Shown one piece after another: positions 41,402 through 51,100 of a stretch of 64,000 nt of DNA. The notes below the pieces were generated by a model that was not told where the DNA came from, ran no database searches, and saw only the letters and a list, made by a program, of their open reading frames with translations. Made by a program: the position numbers and the translations under genes. The stretch is taken from positions 151,809 to 215,808 of IMG/VR virus record IMGVR_UViG_3300046653_000093; one strand, written 5' to 3'. Each line of letters begins with the position of its first letter. The stretch's first letter is position 1.

Positions 41402-43122
41402 TATTTTCTCCCTTTGGCAGATTCTACAATTTTTCTCACACTGGACAAGAATATGTTCTTGTTAGGAGCATCAATGCCCATATCAGAAAGAGCCTCTTGA
41501 AGTTCAACCCATGGCTTGTTCTGATACTCATCAATAATTTCTTTGAGTTGTTGTATCTTGTTAGAAATATTCACTGCTTTCTTAGCCACGTCTATATCTT
41601 CGCTTTGTGTTTGTTCGCCCCAATATGTAGATGCCGCTTCAAGCTGTGATGTATCCATAGTAAATGGCTGAAGCTGATCTGAGCTCGCCATAGACTTGTA
41701 TTGATCCGAAATGGAGGTTCTTATACCATTTACCCAATTAACTATCTGATCAATAAGACCGGCATTCACTGCTCTCATTTGGCTGAATGTTGGTTCCTTG
41801 CTAAACTTAGCTAAAGCATCACTAATATCTTTTCCAATTCTAATCAATTGCCTCAGCGCAGTACTTACATCAGTTAGCCTGTCACCAGTCTTGATAGCAT
41901 TCAACTCGGTATACAATCTTTCAGGAAGACTTCTCATTACTGTTTGAGCTTTCACAATCGTATCGTTGTTTTCTCCAAAAGCAGATACATATACAGCTCT
42001 AACCTGTTGGGCTAGCCATTGACAAGCGGCCCAAGCATTATCATTATTTGTAGCAAACTGAATTCCGCCAGCAAAAATGTAGGATGAATCGTTGTTAGGA
42101 TTCATATAAGTAGATTCAAAAACCTGGCCAATACCAATGGCAGTAGATATCTTGCGAAGTGTATCTACTTGTGCCGTTGGAATAAGAGCATGAGCATTTT
42201 GTAGTTTTGTATATAGCGCTTCTGCAGTAACAGCTGGAACTTCGCCTTGCGTCAAAACACCTTCTGCGACAGCAACCTGTGCTACATTATTCCAAGAAGT
42301 AATGCTTCTTGGATTAACCTGAATGCCAGCTAAACGAGCAAAATAAATATATGCCGCTTGTTGCTCTGTGCCTGCCGGATCTGTAAGAATAAATGCGTCT
42401 AAAGACGGAGCGCTCTTTCTGGCAGTGTCAAACTCTTCTAATGTGGTTTGGACATTTGCAAGAATAGCCCTTCTTGTCTTCGGAGTTTCTCTACTTACAG
42501 TTGATGTTATTGGCGATATGCTTTGCTGGGGAGCTGCCTCTGAGGCAGCTGGTCCTCCTTGAGGCGCTCCTCCTTGGGAAGATGTATAATATCCTGGCGC
42601 TCCGCCCTCTTGCGCAACCTTATTAATCATCGAGGCCAATGTGGCCAATCGATTCATAGCCTGCTTTCCTGTAGGCTCCTTACGAGTTACAGCAAGAATT
42701 TTATCAGCGATACTCTGCATCGTTTCAAATGTTCCAAGATCTCCAGAACCCTCAATGAGATTCACGTCTCCATCGCGATGCGCAAAGTTAATCAAATCTT
42801 TATTTGTCTCTTGAGTAACATTATAAAATGCATTTTCTGCTTGCTTGAACATAACCAGCTTTTTTTCAAGATCTTCAGCTTGAACAATAAGACCTTTTCG
42901 TCTCATTGCATAAGCTAAGCGGGCGACATCAACAATGAGATCTTCAGAGGGAGAAGCATCAACTTCTTGATTGATGATTCTGGTTTGTTCAACCTCTTGG
43001 GCTGCAAGCTTAATTAGCTCGGAATCTGTGGGTTTGAAAAATCCCTTCTTCACAGCCTGACGCTCAAGTTCGCGGTATACTTCAGACTGATATAGATTAT
43101 CTGTATATTTTGAAAGCGTCAT
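41401..43122 (-). CDS. Putative internal head/ejection protein
   Basis: Helical; KLA and KVA motifs; FAHRDG resembles FAHPET in the 37277 gene; start refined to MTLSKY. Confidence 0.5.
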   Translation of the reverse strand: MTLSKYTDNLYQSEVYRELERQAVKKGFFKPTDSELIKLAAQEVEQTRIINQEVDASPSEDLIVDVARLAYAMRRKGLIVQAEDLEKKLVMFKQAENAFYNVTQETNKDLINFAHRDGDVNLIEGSGDLGTFETMQSIADKILAVTRKEPTGKQAMNRLATLASMINKVAQEGGAPGYYTSSQGGAPQGGPAASEAAPQQSISPITSTVSRETPKTRRAILANVQTTLEEFDTARKSAPSLDAFILTDPAGTEQQAAYIYFARLAGIQVNPRSITSWNNVAQVAVAEGVLTQGEVPAVTAEALYTKLQNAHALIPTAQVDTLRKISTAIGIGQVFESTYMNPNNDSSYIFAGGIQFATNNDNAWAACQWLAQQVRAVYVSAFGENNDTIVKAQTVMRSLPERLYTELNAIKTGDRLTDVSTALRQLIRIGKDISDALAKFSKEPTFSQMRAVNAGLIDQIVNWVNGIRTSISDQYKSMASSDQLQPFTMDTSQLEAASTYWGEQTQSEDIDVAKKAVNISNKIQQLKEIIDEYQNKPWVELQEALSDMGIDAPNKNIFLSSVRKIVESAKGRK

Positions 43123-43123
43123 A

Positions 43124-43447
43124 TTAATCCTCAAGGTCAAGCAGTGCTAAGCCATTCAAAAAGTTTGGATCTACCTTATCTTTCAGCTCTGGGTGTTGCT
43201 TTATTGCATCCGCCGCCTTTTTGAGATATGCTTTCAACGCGGGGTCACTGGCAACCTTCTCGCGAAAAGCTTCAATATCAGCCATCACTTGGTTCTCATG
43301 ATCGATAGCAGCGGTAACAGCATTCACCTTCTGAAGTTGCTCTCGCGCAAGCTCAGCTTGAGAATAGTTTCTCCACACTTCCGAGCTATTCATCACTCGT
43401 CTAGTCTGGTCATCGTCGAAAAAATCCTTCCAAACCTGATCGTTCAT
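43124..43447 (-). CDS. Hypothetical protein
   Basis: SSEVWRNY resembles QSEVYREL in the next gene; preceded by TA-N5-GCAT motif. Confidence 0.55.
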   Translation of the reverse strand: MNDQVWKDFFDDDQTRRVMNSSEVWRNYSQAELAREQLQKVNAVTAAIDHENQVMADIEAFREKVASDPALKAYLKKAADAIKQHPELKDKVDPNFLNGLALLDLED

Positions 43448-43511
43448 GTAAAACACCTTTAAATATGGCTATGGCAAACCTATTGGTATGCTTAGTTAGT
43501 GATAGTTTTCC

Positions 43512-43913
43512 TCAAAGCCACAAAATCTGCATGTAGTTCTTTTTAGAACCAGCCGGAGTAATAACCTTGGCCAATAAAAGAGCGCCCTCAAATGGTTGCC
43601 TACTGCTCAAAACACCATATTCATTACAGTATAGAGAGCTTCCAACTTTGATATCACTTTCCCTATCAAATCTATTCAAATCTACAATCATTCTTTGGGG
43701 ATATACATTTGCCATCTGCCTAAAATCTACAACATTACCACCAAAACAACGATTTCCTACCAATCCAAATGGAGCGCTTCCATCACATAAATCTATTACT
43801 AAATTATCTTTGTATTCAACAATACTAACAACATGACCCGGAGAAACGCTAACCCCTGGTTTTACGGGAAAGTGTATAGGATCTACGAATAAAGACTCGA
43901 TAAGTTTGAACAT
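43512..43913 (-). CDS. Decoration-like protein, short paralog of 44703..45398
   Basis: CDGSAPFGLV vs SDGRAPFGII; SLYCNEYGVLSSRQP vs ILFVSENGKLTTSQP; both end in ..WL. Confidence 0.55.
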   Translation of the reverse strand: MFKLIESLFVDPIHFPVKPGVSVSPGHVVSIVEYKDNLVIDLCDGSAPFGLVGNRCFGGNVVDFRQMANVYPQRMIVDLNRFDRESDIKVGSSLYCNEYGVLSSRQPFEGALLLAKVITPAGSKKNYMQILWL

Positions 43914-43915
43914 TG

Positions 43916-44695
43916 CTAAACCCCTGACGCTCTTTTTTGAGTCTCATCTGCTAGGGATACCGGCTTATTGCCCTTTTTGATATTGGCAATCGTTTCAAGC
44001 GGGCGAAGATTCTCTAGAGCCCATAGCTTTTGAAAGTTCTCGCAATCAAGTGAATCAAAGGTAAGTTTGCTTTTAGGGATTATATGATCTATCTGCCAGG
44101 TAAGTTTGCTTTTATCATAAACGCCATAATTATCCCAATTCATCCATGTCTCCCACAAAGATTCGATGTGAGATTTCAATTCCGCTGCAGTATACGGTAA
44201 TCGTTTGAATATTTCTTTTTCAAGACTTTTGCTAACATGAAATGGTTTAGTGGCCAGAATAGATCTTCTTATATAGGCCGACACATTCATACTCAATCTA
44301 TAAACAGGCTCAAGCCTTCGTTTGGAATAATACACCTTATGTGATTTCTTGATTACATCAGCATTATTAATAACCCAATTCTTGTAACTTTCTCCTTGAC
44401 AAATTTTACACCAGCTATAAACTCCAAGATTTGAACAGTTGGTTTTATGATATTGATCAATTGTTTTATATTGATTGCAATTGCTGCAAATTTTTCCATC
44501 AAGCTTTGGCTTTGCTCTCTTTTTTAGAGTTTGGTAATGCTGTTTTTGTTTGATTAAGATGATACTTCTATTCTCGGCATGATACTGATTATGGCATATT
44601 TTACATTGAGCCGACATACCATCAGACATAGACTTGTTTTTGTAAAATTCGCTTAAAGACTTAACCTCCTTGCATTTACAGCATTTCTTATCCAT
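43916..44695 (-). CDS. Free-standing HNH homing endonuclease
   Basis: Two CxxC..CKxC zinc modules; IESLWETWMNWDNYG..WQIDHIIP..LENLRPL; start refined to MDKKCC. Confidence 0.8.
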   Translation of the reverse strand: MDKKCCKCKEVKSLSEFYKNKSMSDGMSAQCKICHNQYHAENRSIILIKQKQHYQTLKKRAKPKLDGKICSNCNQYKTIDQYHKTNCSNLGVYSWCKICQGESYKNWVINNADVIKKSHKVYYSKRRLEPVYRLSMNVSAYIRRSILATKPFHVSKSLEKEIFKRLPYTAAELKSHIESLWETWMNWDNYGVYDKSKLTWQIDHIIPKSKLTFDSLDCENFQKLWALENLRPLETIANIKKGNKPVSLADETQKRASGV

Positions 44696-44702
44696 AAACA
44701 CT

Positions 44703-45398
44703 CTATAACCAAACGAATTCCAAAGTGCCAAAGGCAGCCGTTGGTGGCCCGGTCACCATCGCTACTCCAGGATAATCTTCATTTGGTTGTGATGTGGTTA
44801 ATTTTCCATTTTCAGATACAAATAATATAGAATTCAATGGATAACGCTGATTTGTCTCATACATATCGCATTGGAAAATTCCTCGTTGGAACCATACAGT
44901 AACATGGCCACTTCCAAGCGTAGAGTCATCACCAGATACGTTTGGAATTTGATATGTGTAGCTAACAATGGTACGAATCGAATCCGGAATACCATCTCCA
45001 TCAAAATCGAAGTTGAGCACTGTTCCGGCCGGGAATAGAACAACACCATTGCGGGCAATAAGTGCTACATCGACTGGTGATGTAATAAAGCTAGACGGAA
45101 TGATGTTTGGATTGCGAAGTTCCCATTTCAAATCAACCGTAGTAACTAATTGGCCACCCTCTTCAACTGCTGACAAAACCGGAACAATTACTTCTTCATC
45201 AATTGATGGGGCTGTAAAGGCTCTGGTTTTGAAATCATCAATAATACCAAATGGCGCTCTGCCATCACTTACACCACAGACTAAGTTATTTCCACGTAAA
45301 TAAAGCTGGGCAATCATTCCTGGTTCAAACTCAGCTACTGGATCAACTGGATATGATACTGGTATAGCATTTCCTATTTGTACAATCTTTAAACTCAT
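44703..45398 (-). CDS. Capsid decoration/cement-like protein
   Basis: Strong RBS (AAGGAGAGG); DDSTLGSGHVTVW..LFVSENGKLTT. Confidence 0.55.
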   Translation of the reverse strand: MSLKIVQIGNAIPVSYPVDPVAEFEPGMIAQLYLRGNNLVCGVSDGRAPFGIIDDFKTRAFTAPSIDEEVIVPVLSAVEEGGQLVTTVDLKWELRNPNIIPSSFITSPVDVALIARNGVVLFPAGTVLNFDFDGDGIPDSIRTIVSYTYQIPNVSGDDSTLGSGHVTVWFQRGIFQCDMYETNQRYPLNSILFVSENGKLTTSQPNEDYPGVAMVTGPPTAAFGTLEFVWL

Positions 45399-45429
45399 AC
45401 CTCTCCTTGCGAACTATAACAGTATATAT

Positions 45430-45457
45430 AACAAAGCCCCGGCAATACCGAGGCTCT
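45430..45457 (-). terminator. Rho-independent terminator (same stem as the post-MCP terminator)
   Basis: GCCTCGGT-ATT-GCCGGGGC followed by TTTGTT. Confidence 0.75.
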
Positions 45458-45483
45458 GTACTGAAGAAAATATCTTCAAATTA

Positions 45484-46104
45484 TTATGTCATCAATCCAC
45501 TGAGTTGCTGTACGGCAGCTGGGTTTTGAACCTGCTTGCCAATTTCTCCAACAATACGTGGCCAATTCGCTGCAAATGCCCAATCTTCTCCGTGTCCACC
45601 ATTCTTTACATAACTAACAAAATTCTGTGTATCTTCTGGGAGAGGGCCCTTTCCATATTGACCAAAAAGCCAATTTGCAAACTGAGGAGCATTGGCTAGT
45701 CTTGGATTTTCAGCCGCATTCTGGAACTTGAAAATATTGAAGTCGTCAACCTTTTCCATTACTGGAGCATTACCAACATCGCCATCATCAGCTTTTGCTT
45801 TATCTGCGTTTGGATGAAATGGTGTTACTGGTTTTGGTTCCTTCTTGAGCAATCCTATCATTCCAAATTCTTTAGGATCTAGTTTGCCCTTATCTGGCAC
45901 TGTTGATTTTGGCGCTTCTTGTGCAATCTTCAAAATGGCACTGTAAGAAGCAGCCGCTGCAGCTTTTGCGATATCTTCCCAAGTTGGAGAAGTCTTAAAG
46001 CTTCTGCCCGCAACCTTCCAAACTGGTGGGTTGAGAATTGCATTATATGTAGCCAAAGCCGCTGCTTGTGCAGCTTTCTTGGCGATCTGTTCTTTACGTG
46101 TCAT
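45484..46104 (-). CDS. Hypothetical Ala-rich head-region protein
   Basis: Internal repeat IAKxA..AAA..Y.AIL; KVA and KIA motifs; GGAGG RBS. Confidence 0.55.
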   Translation of the reverse strand: MTRKEQIAKKAAQAAALATYNAILNPPVWKVAGRSFKTSPTWEDIAKAAAAASYSAILKIAQEAPKSTVPDKGKLDPKEFGMIGLLKKEPKPVTPFHPNADKAKADDGDVGNAPVMEKVDDFNIFKFQNAAENPRLANAPQFANWLFGQYGKGPLPEDTQNFVSYVKNGGHGEDWAFAANWPRIVGEIGKQVQNPAAVQQLSGLMT

Positions 46105-46121
46105 TATTTCCTCCAATATAT

Positions 46122-46496
46122 TTAGTCAGTGTCAAGTCCTAAAAACTTAAAAACATTCTCGGCTTCCTTCTTATTTGTTTTATCAAAGAAATTCTCACAA
46201 TTTTTTCGATAATCAGGATCCGAATAAAAGCGCATTACATGAGCCTTTTGATTGAATTCTGGTAAAAATTCAACATCAGATGTACTATCTGCTAACGATA
46301 TCATTACTGCAGTTACTTCTTCTGCACGAGCTGTTCTACCAACTCTTTCGAAACTTTCAGCCGCATTATTCAGCGCCTGCATTGCTGCAAAAACTAACTG
46401 ATCATATTGCTGAGACTCTTCTAAAAGAGCTTCCTGTTGGGCATTTTGCATACCCTCAAAAAGCTCCTCTGCGCAAGATCCTTGCTTGAAAATCAT
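46122..46496 (-). CDS. Hypothetical protein
   Basis: 124 aa; ALNNAAESFERVG resembles segments in neighbours (LLKARNLLENAG; LCNASEILDEAG). Confidence 0.55.
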   Translation of the reverse strand: MIFKQGSCAEELFEGMQNAQQEALLEESQQYDQLVFAAMQALNNAAESFERVGRTARAEEVTAVMISLADSTSDVEFLPEFNQKAHVMRFYSDPDYRKNCENFFDKTNKKEAENVFKFLGLDTD

Positions 46497-46708
46497 ATTG
46501 ATACCTCTATAGTACTTTCATCAATAGTTTGTGCTCTTTTGATAATTGCGTCAACAGCAGCACATTGAAGTGTCATACCGGCATTTTCAAGCAAGTTACG
46601 AGCTTTAAGAAGAGAGGATATGGCCTCATCTGCTCCGAGAGATTTCTTAAGATCTCTACTGAGAAAAAAGGCCATATCTTGTTCTATTTTTGTGGTGAAA
46701 TTTTTCAT
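46493..46708 (-). CDS. Hypothetical protein
   Basis: 71 aa, AAGG RBS; shares a helical motif with neighbours. Confidence 0.55.
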   Translation of the reverse strand: MKNFTTKIEQDMAFFLSRDLKKSLGADEAISSLLKARNLLENAGMTLQCAAVDAIIKRAQTIDESTIEVSI

Positions 46709-46715
46709 GTTACCT

Positions 46716-47006
46716 TTATGGGGTCCTTACACCAAGTGATTCCAGAAGTGATACCATAGATGCCTTCTTCTTTTTCTTATCTTTATCAGAAATATCAATA
46801 CTTGGATACTTACTATGTACGGCCCTCTTTACGGCACTTTGTAGTTCTTTCAACGAACCACTCCACCATGGCGGGGCTGACGTATATTGGTGAGATCTGG
46901 CAAGAGCATTTCGAGCACGGCCAATAGTATCAATAGGAAAGTGATCTTTATCATCCTTTACTTTTGGATGCTTATCACCAAATATGGCAGCCGGCTTATT
47001 ACGCAC
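46716..47006 (-). CDS. Basic protein domain (FPIDT..RARNALAR), possibly a -1 frameshift extension of the upstream Lys-rich protein
   Basis: Frame is open upstream of the GTG back to the slippery T TTT TTA at 47045-47051. Confidence 0.55.
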   Translation of the reverse strand: MRNKPAAIFGDKHPKVKDDKDHFPIDTIGRARNALARSHQYTSAPPWWSGSLKELQSAVKRAVHSKYPSIDISDKDKKKKKASMVSLLESLGVRTP

Positions 47007-47038
47007 CTTAGCTTTTGGATCTTTATCTCCAGCTGCCT

Positions 47039-48061
47039 TTATGCTAAAAAACCTTTAGCCAACTCCTCTGCTAACTTCTGTAAAGATGTTTTCTTGCTCG
47101 CAACACTACGAGTCAATTCATCAAGATTAGGCTCTTCTGCCTCTGCATTGCCATCCTCTCCGATACCCTCAACCAATGATTCAATATCTGGATCATCAAG
47201 ATCAAGCTCACCTTCACTAGCACCTTCAGCTTCAGCAGGCTGATCAAGAATAGACCAATCACCTTCGCCCTCAGCAGGCTCTTCAAGTTCTTGCATCAAT
47301 TTCTCGAACTCTTTGTTGTCATCTGAATCTTCGGCCATACCCATATCGCCGCAATCAGCATCGCCGCAATCAATAACTTCGGAGGCATCATCGGACGCTT
47401 TTTTGGTAGTCTTCTTTTTGTCGTCCTTCTTGTCGTCTTTGCCCTTTGGCTTGGCCTTATCGTCTTTCTTGTCGTCCTTCTTCTTCAACCAAGGAGGTAG
47501 CCCTTTGGCATCATTCTTGTCGCCTTTTTTAGCATCTTCCTTTTTCTTGGCATCTTCCTTCTTTTTTTCGGCGGCCTTCTTCTCTTCTTCCTTCTTCTTG
47601 GCTGCGGCTTCTTCCTTCTTGTCTTTGCCCTTGCCTTTTTCTTCCTTCTTCTTGGCAGCGGTTTTTACAAGGTTATCAAGAGCTAACAATGTGAGAGCTG
47701 ATGCCTTAGAGAGTCCTGCCTCGTCCAAAATTTCGGAAGCGTTGCACAAACTCTTAATACAAGATTCGTACTTGGTCATAGCCTTCTTTTTTGCAGCTTT
47801 GGCCTTAGCCTTCTCTTTCTCGGCCTTCTCCTTTGCCTTCTCTTTTTCAGCTTTGGCCTTGGCCTTTTCCTTGTCAGCCTTTGCCTTCTCTTTTTCAGCT
47901 TCGGCCTTAGCCTTCGCCTTTTCTTTGGCAGCCTTTTCCTTATCGTCTTCTTTCTTTGCAGCCATCTTTGTGAATTGTGGTTCTGCCTTTGTGAAAATAG
48001 ACTGATATACTGGGCTGGCCATAATACCATTCATCTCTGTAGCAATATCAAATTTAGACAT
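47039..48061 (-). CDS. Lys/Ala/Glu-rich low-complexity protein (histone-like, putative DNA-condensing) with acidic tail
   Basis: KEKAKAKAE repeats, KKEDAKK, acidic C-terminus; start refined to MSKFDIA (GAGG RBS). Confidence 0.6.
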   Translation of the reverse strand: MSKFDIATEMNGIMASPVYQSIFTKAEPQFTKMAAKKEDDKEKAAKEKAKAKAEAEKEKAKADKEKAKAKAEKEKAKEKAEKEKAKAKAAKKKAMTKYESCIKSLCNASEILDEAGLSKASALTLLALDNLVKTAAKKKEEKGKGKDKKEEAAAKKKEEEKKAAEKKKEDAKKKEDAKKGDKNDAKGLPPWLKKKDDKKDDKAKPKGKDDKKDDKKKTTKKASDDASEVIDCGDADCGDMGMAEDSDDNKEFEKLMQELEEPAEGEGDWSILDQPAEAEGASEGELDLDDPDIESLVEGIGEDGNAEAEEPNLDELTRSVASKKTSLQKLAEELAKGFLA

Positions 48062-48079
48062 ATTTACCTCATTATGGAT

Positions 48080-48102
48080 GGGCGGGGCCTTCAACCCCGC
48101 CC
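48080..48102. promoter_or_regulatory. GC-rich intergenic stem-loop
   Basis: gggcgggg-ccttcaa-ccccgccc; no U-tract on the coding strand. Confidence 0.5.
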
Positions 48103-48113
48103 GGCCCAGAAAA

Positions 48114-51100
48114 TTAGAACTTCAAACCTTTTGACTCAAAGTAGTTATCAAAGAAACTCTTGATATCTTGCTCGCCTTCTTGTGCAACCTTGGCCATTGG
48201 TAGAATTACTTCGCCTGAACTTAGAAGACCAACCATAGGAATGGAAGCCTGCTTGTTCATAGATGGTTGTCGTGCCAAAATATTCTTGATGCTCTCAAAT
48301 CCCGCGTCATTCCACTTCATAATGTCGTTGACTTGTGAATCAAGCTGACCCTCAGTAATCATGCCTTTAGCAATCATTTGATGGGCAACTTCATAAGCTC
48401 TCTTGATACGTCCCTTGTAAGACTCAACTTCCTCAGCTTGCTTGGCTTTGGCATGTTCCTGTGTCAACTTGGTTGCGAAATCTTTACTTTCTGTATCGCC
48501 CTGACCAAACAGTTCCTTCCAATATTTAACTGCTTCCGCGTCAACACCATGGGAAACCAACTTATCAACATCATCAGCCTTCATCTTGCCTTCTGCAACT
48601 AGAGCCTGAATCATCTCAGCTTGCTTACGTACACGAGGTGGCATATTGGCCAACTCAAGCATGTAGCTTTGAATATCCTTTGGCACATGGAATTCAGCAC
48701 CTGGAACATTTGGCTTTACATCCAAGTTACCGGCGTCAACTGCACTAACACTGCCACCTGGATGCGCATCGTTAGACAATTCATTAAACCCAAGCAAGCC
48801 CTTTTCAGCTAGCTTTATACGTGCCTGGGCACGCCCTTCTTTAGTTGATAGTTCCAAAGTTCCTCCTGCTGTTACTGTTACCTCTCCTAGTTGCTGAGTT
48901 GTTCCATCTGGAGTCTTCAACGACAACTTGGCATCTGCCTTATCCGAAGCTCCCTTGCCCTTGATGTTAGCTAACCAGCTATCGAATGTACCTCCGTCTT
49001 CCGCCGCACCTTCATCAGCACATGGCAATTCACCAGTTGCTGCGTCTGCAGACTCTTCTTCAGCTCCATCCTTTGCATCGGCGCATTCTTCATCTTCTGC
49101 TCCGTCTTTTGCATCAGCGGCATCAGCACATTCCTCGGTTCCGTCAGCTGCATCTGCAGTCTCTTCGGTTTCTTCTTCCGAAGCGAAAATTGCGTCAAGA
49201 AGATCTTTTTCTGGATCTTTCTGTGAAGCGCGCTTCTCCAACTCAGCAGTTCCGTAAGCATACTTAACAACAGCCTCCATCAACTTACCAGCATCAACCA
49301 ACATGGCCTTTGCATCTTTGACTGCCGAAATTGTTAGTGCGTTCAGATATTCACGCTGCTCTTCGGTCATAGAAGCATAAGTTTCCTTATAGACCCTCTT
49401 TGCTGTGTTGATTTCACGCATGTGCTTCGCCAAAGAAGTAATCGTCTCATCGACGCCCTCTTGCAACATACCATTCACGCGCTTACGCATTGACTGAAGT
49501 TGAGACGCGGTCTTTGGCCCTTCCGAGAACTCTGCATCACCTGCAGGCTCAACGTCTGGCATAGCATCTGCATCTTCAGAAACAGCACCACTGACCTTGT
49601 CACGAAGATCACTAAGTTTGCCACCCATCTCATCAAACAAAGACTGAAGGTCATCGACGATTTCATCAGTATTCCCGCCCTTTCCGCCAACATTCTTTGG
49701 TGGCTCAAGTGGAGGAAGATCTGCGCCGCCTGCAGCACCATCGACTGGAGGAGCTGGAGGAGCAGCTGGAGCTGCTTGTGCGTTCTTTAATAGAGCGTCT
49801 GCTGTAGCCTGAAAGCCCTCGGTCTGAATGCGATTCAGCAATGACTTACCAAAACGCTCAGTAGCAACGGCGTCATAAAGAGACTCTGAATTACCCTTGG
49901 TAATTTGATCAACAGAGGCGCGAAGAATTGCTTTATCATTAGCATAAACGACCCAGCTCGAAGCTGACTTATTGACACGGCCATCAGGAAGAGCAACCTT
50001 CTCAAAACGAGCCTTCACCAACGAAGCACGAAGCAACTTCTCCTTCTCTTTCTCGTCGTCATCATAAAGACCTTCGACATCGCCAACGCCTGGGAATGGT
50101 TTTTCACCAACCATTTGCTTATCAAGCATACGGTCTTTCTCATTCAAAGGATCCTTTGAATATTGAACTTTACCTGGCTTTGGCTCTTCTGTGCCTAGGT
50201 AATATCCCTTGCTCTGCAGTTGTTCCTTTGCCTTCTTAAGAGCGGCTTCGCGGAACAATGCGCGCTCGTGCTCATCAGCTAAACGCTGAAGTTCTTTCTT
50301 TACCTTCTCGTCACCTGGGTACATACCCTCTTCGTCACCTGTGTTTGGGAAAGGAGCCGGACCATGTAAATTCTTGTCCATCAATCTCGCCTTCTCATTC
50401 AAAGGATCCTTTGAATATTGAGCCTGTCCCGGCTTTGGTTCTTCTGTACCTTGAAAATATGCATTCTTCTTTGTCATGGTTGGTTCCTCATTATTAGATA
50501 CTACTCTAAGTAAATTCTCCTGTAGGCTAGCCAGTTTCGTCTGCGCTCCCAAAATTGCTCTCTGTAACTCTGAGGCGTAAGTTGGGAAAGCCTCAGGCGG
50601 ATTTATCTGAGTCGATGGTTCTGCACCAGATTCTTCCATCGACCAGCTAGAGCGAGTTGGGCCAACCGCATCGCTCTCATCACTTTCATCAAAGTCATTG
50701 GCCATAGATTCGATCTTGCCCATCAGACTTTGAAGGTCTTTCTGAATAGATGTCAAATCTTGCCTAGACAAACCTTTCTTTACTTCCAAATAATCTGAAA
50801 GTAACCCGGCAGCCTTAGCAATATCACTGGCAATAATATGCTTAACCTTGGCTTTTGGGTCTGCTCCGGAAACAACTAATGACAGTTCAATCGGAGTCAA
50901 ATCTAGGTTGATTTCACCGTAGCAGCTCTTGTTCTTCATATGTTGGCAGAAATCTTTTTCAGTTCTGGCGACTCTGTGGCAGTCGGAACATACAGCTCGC
51001 CCTACGGCTGTACCCATCGAAACATTGTTGGCAACCCCTGTCTTAACCTTATCGGCCAAGTCACCATAATTTTTCGCATCAAGAGCACAAAGAGCAATTA

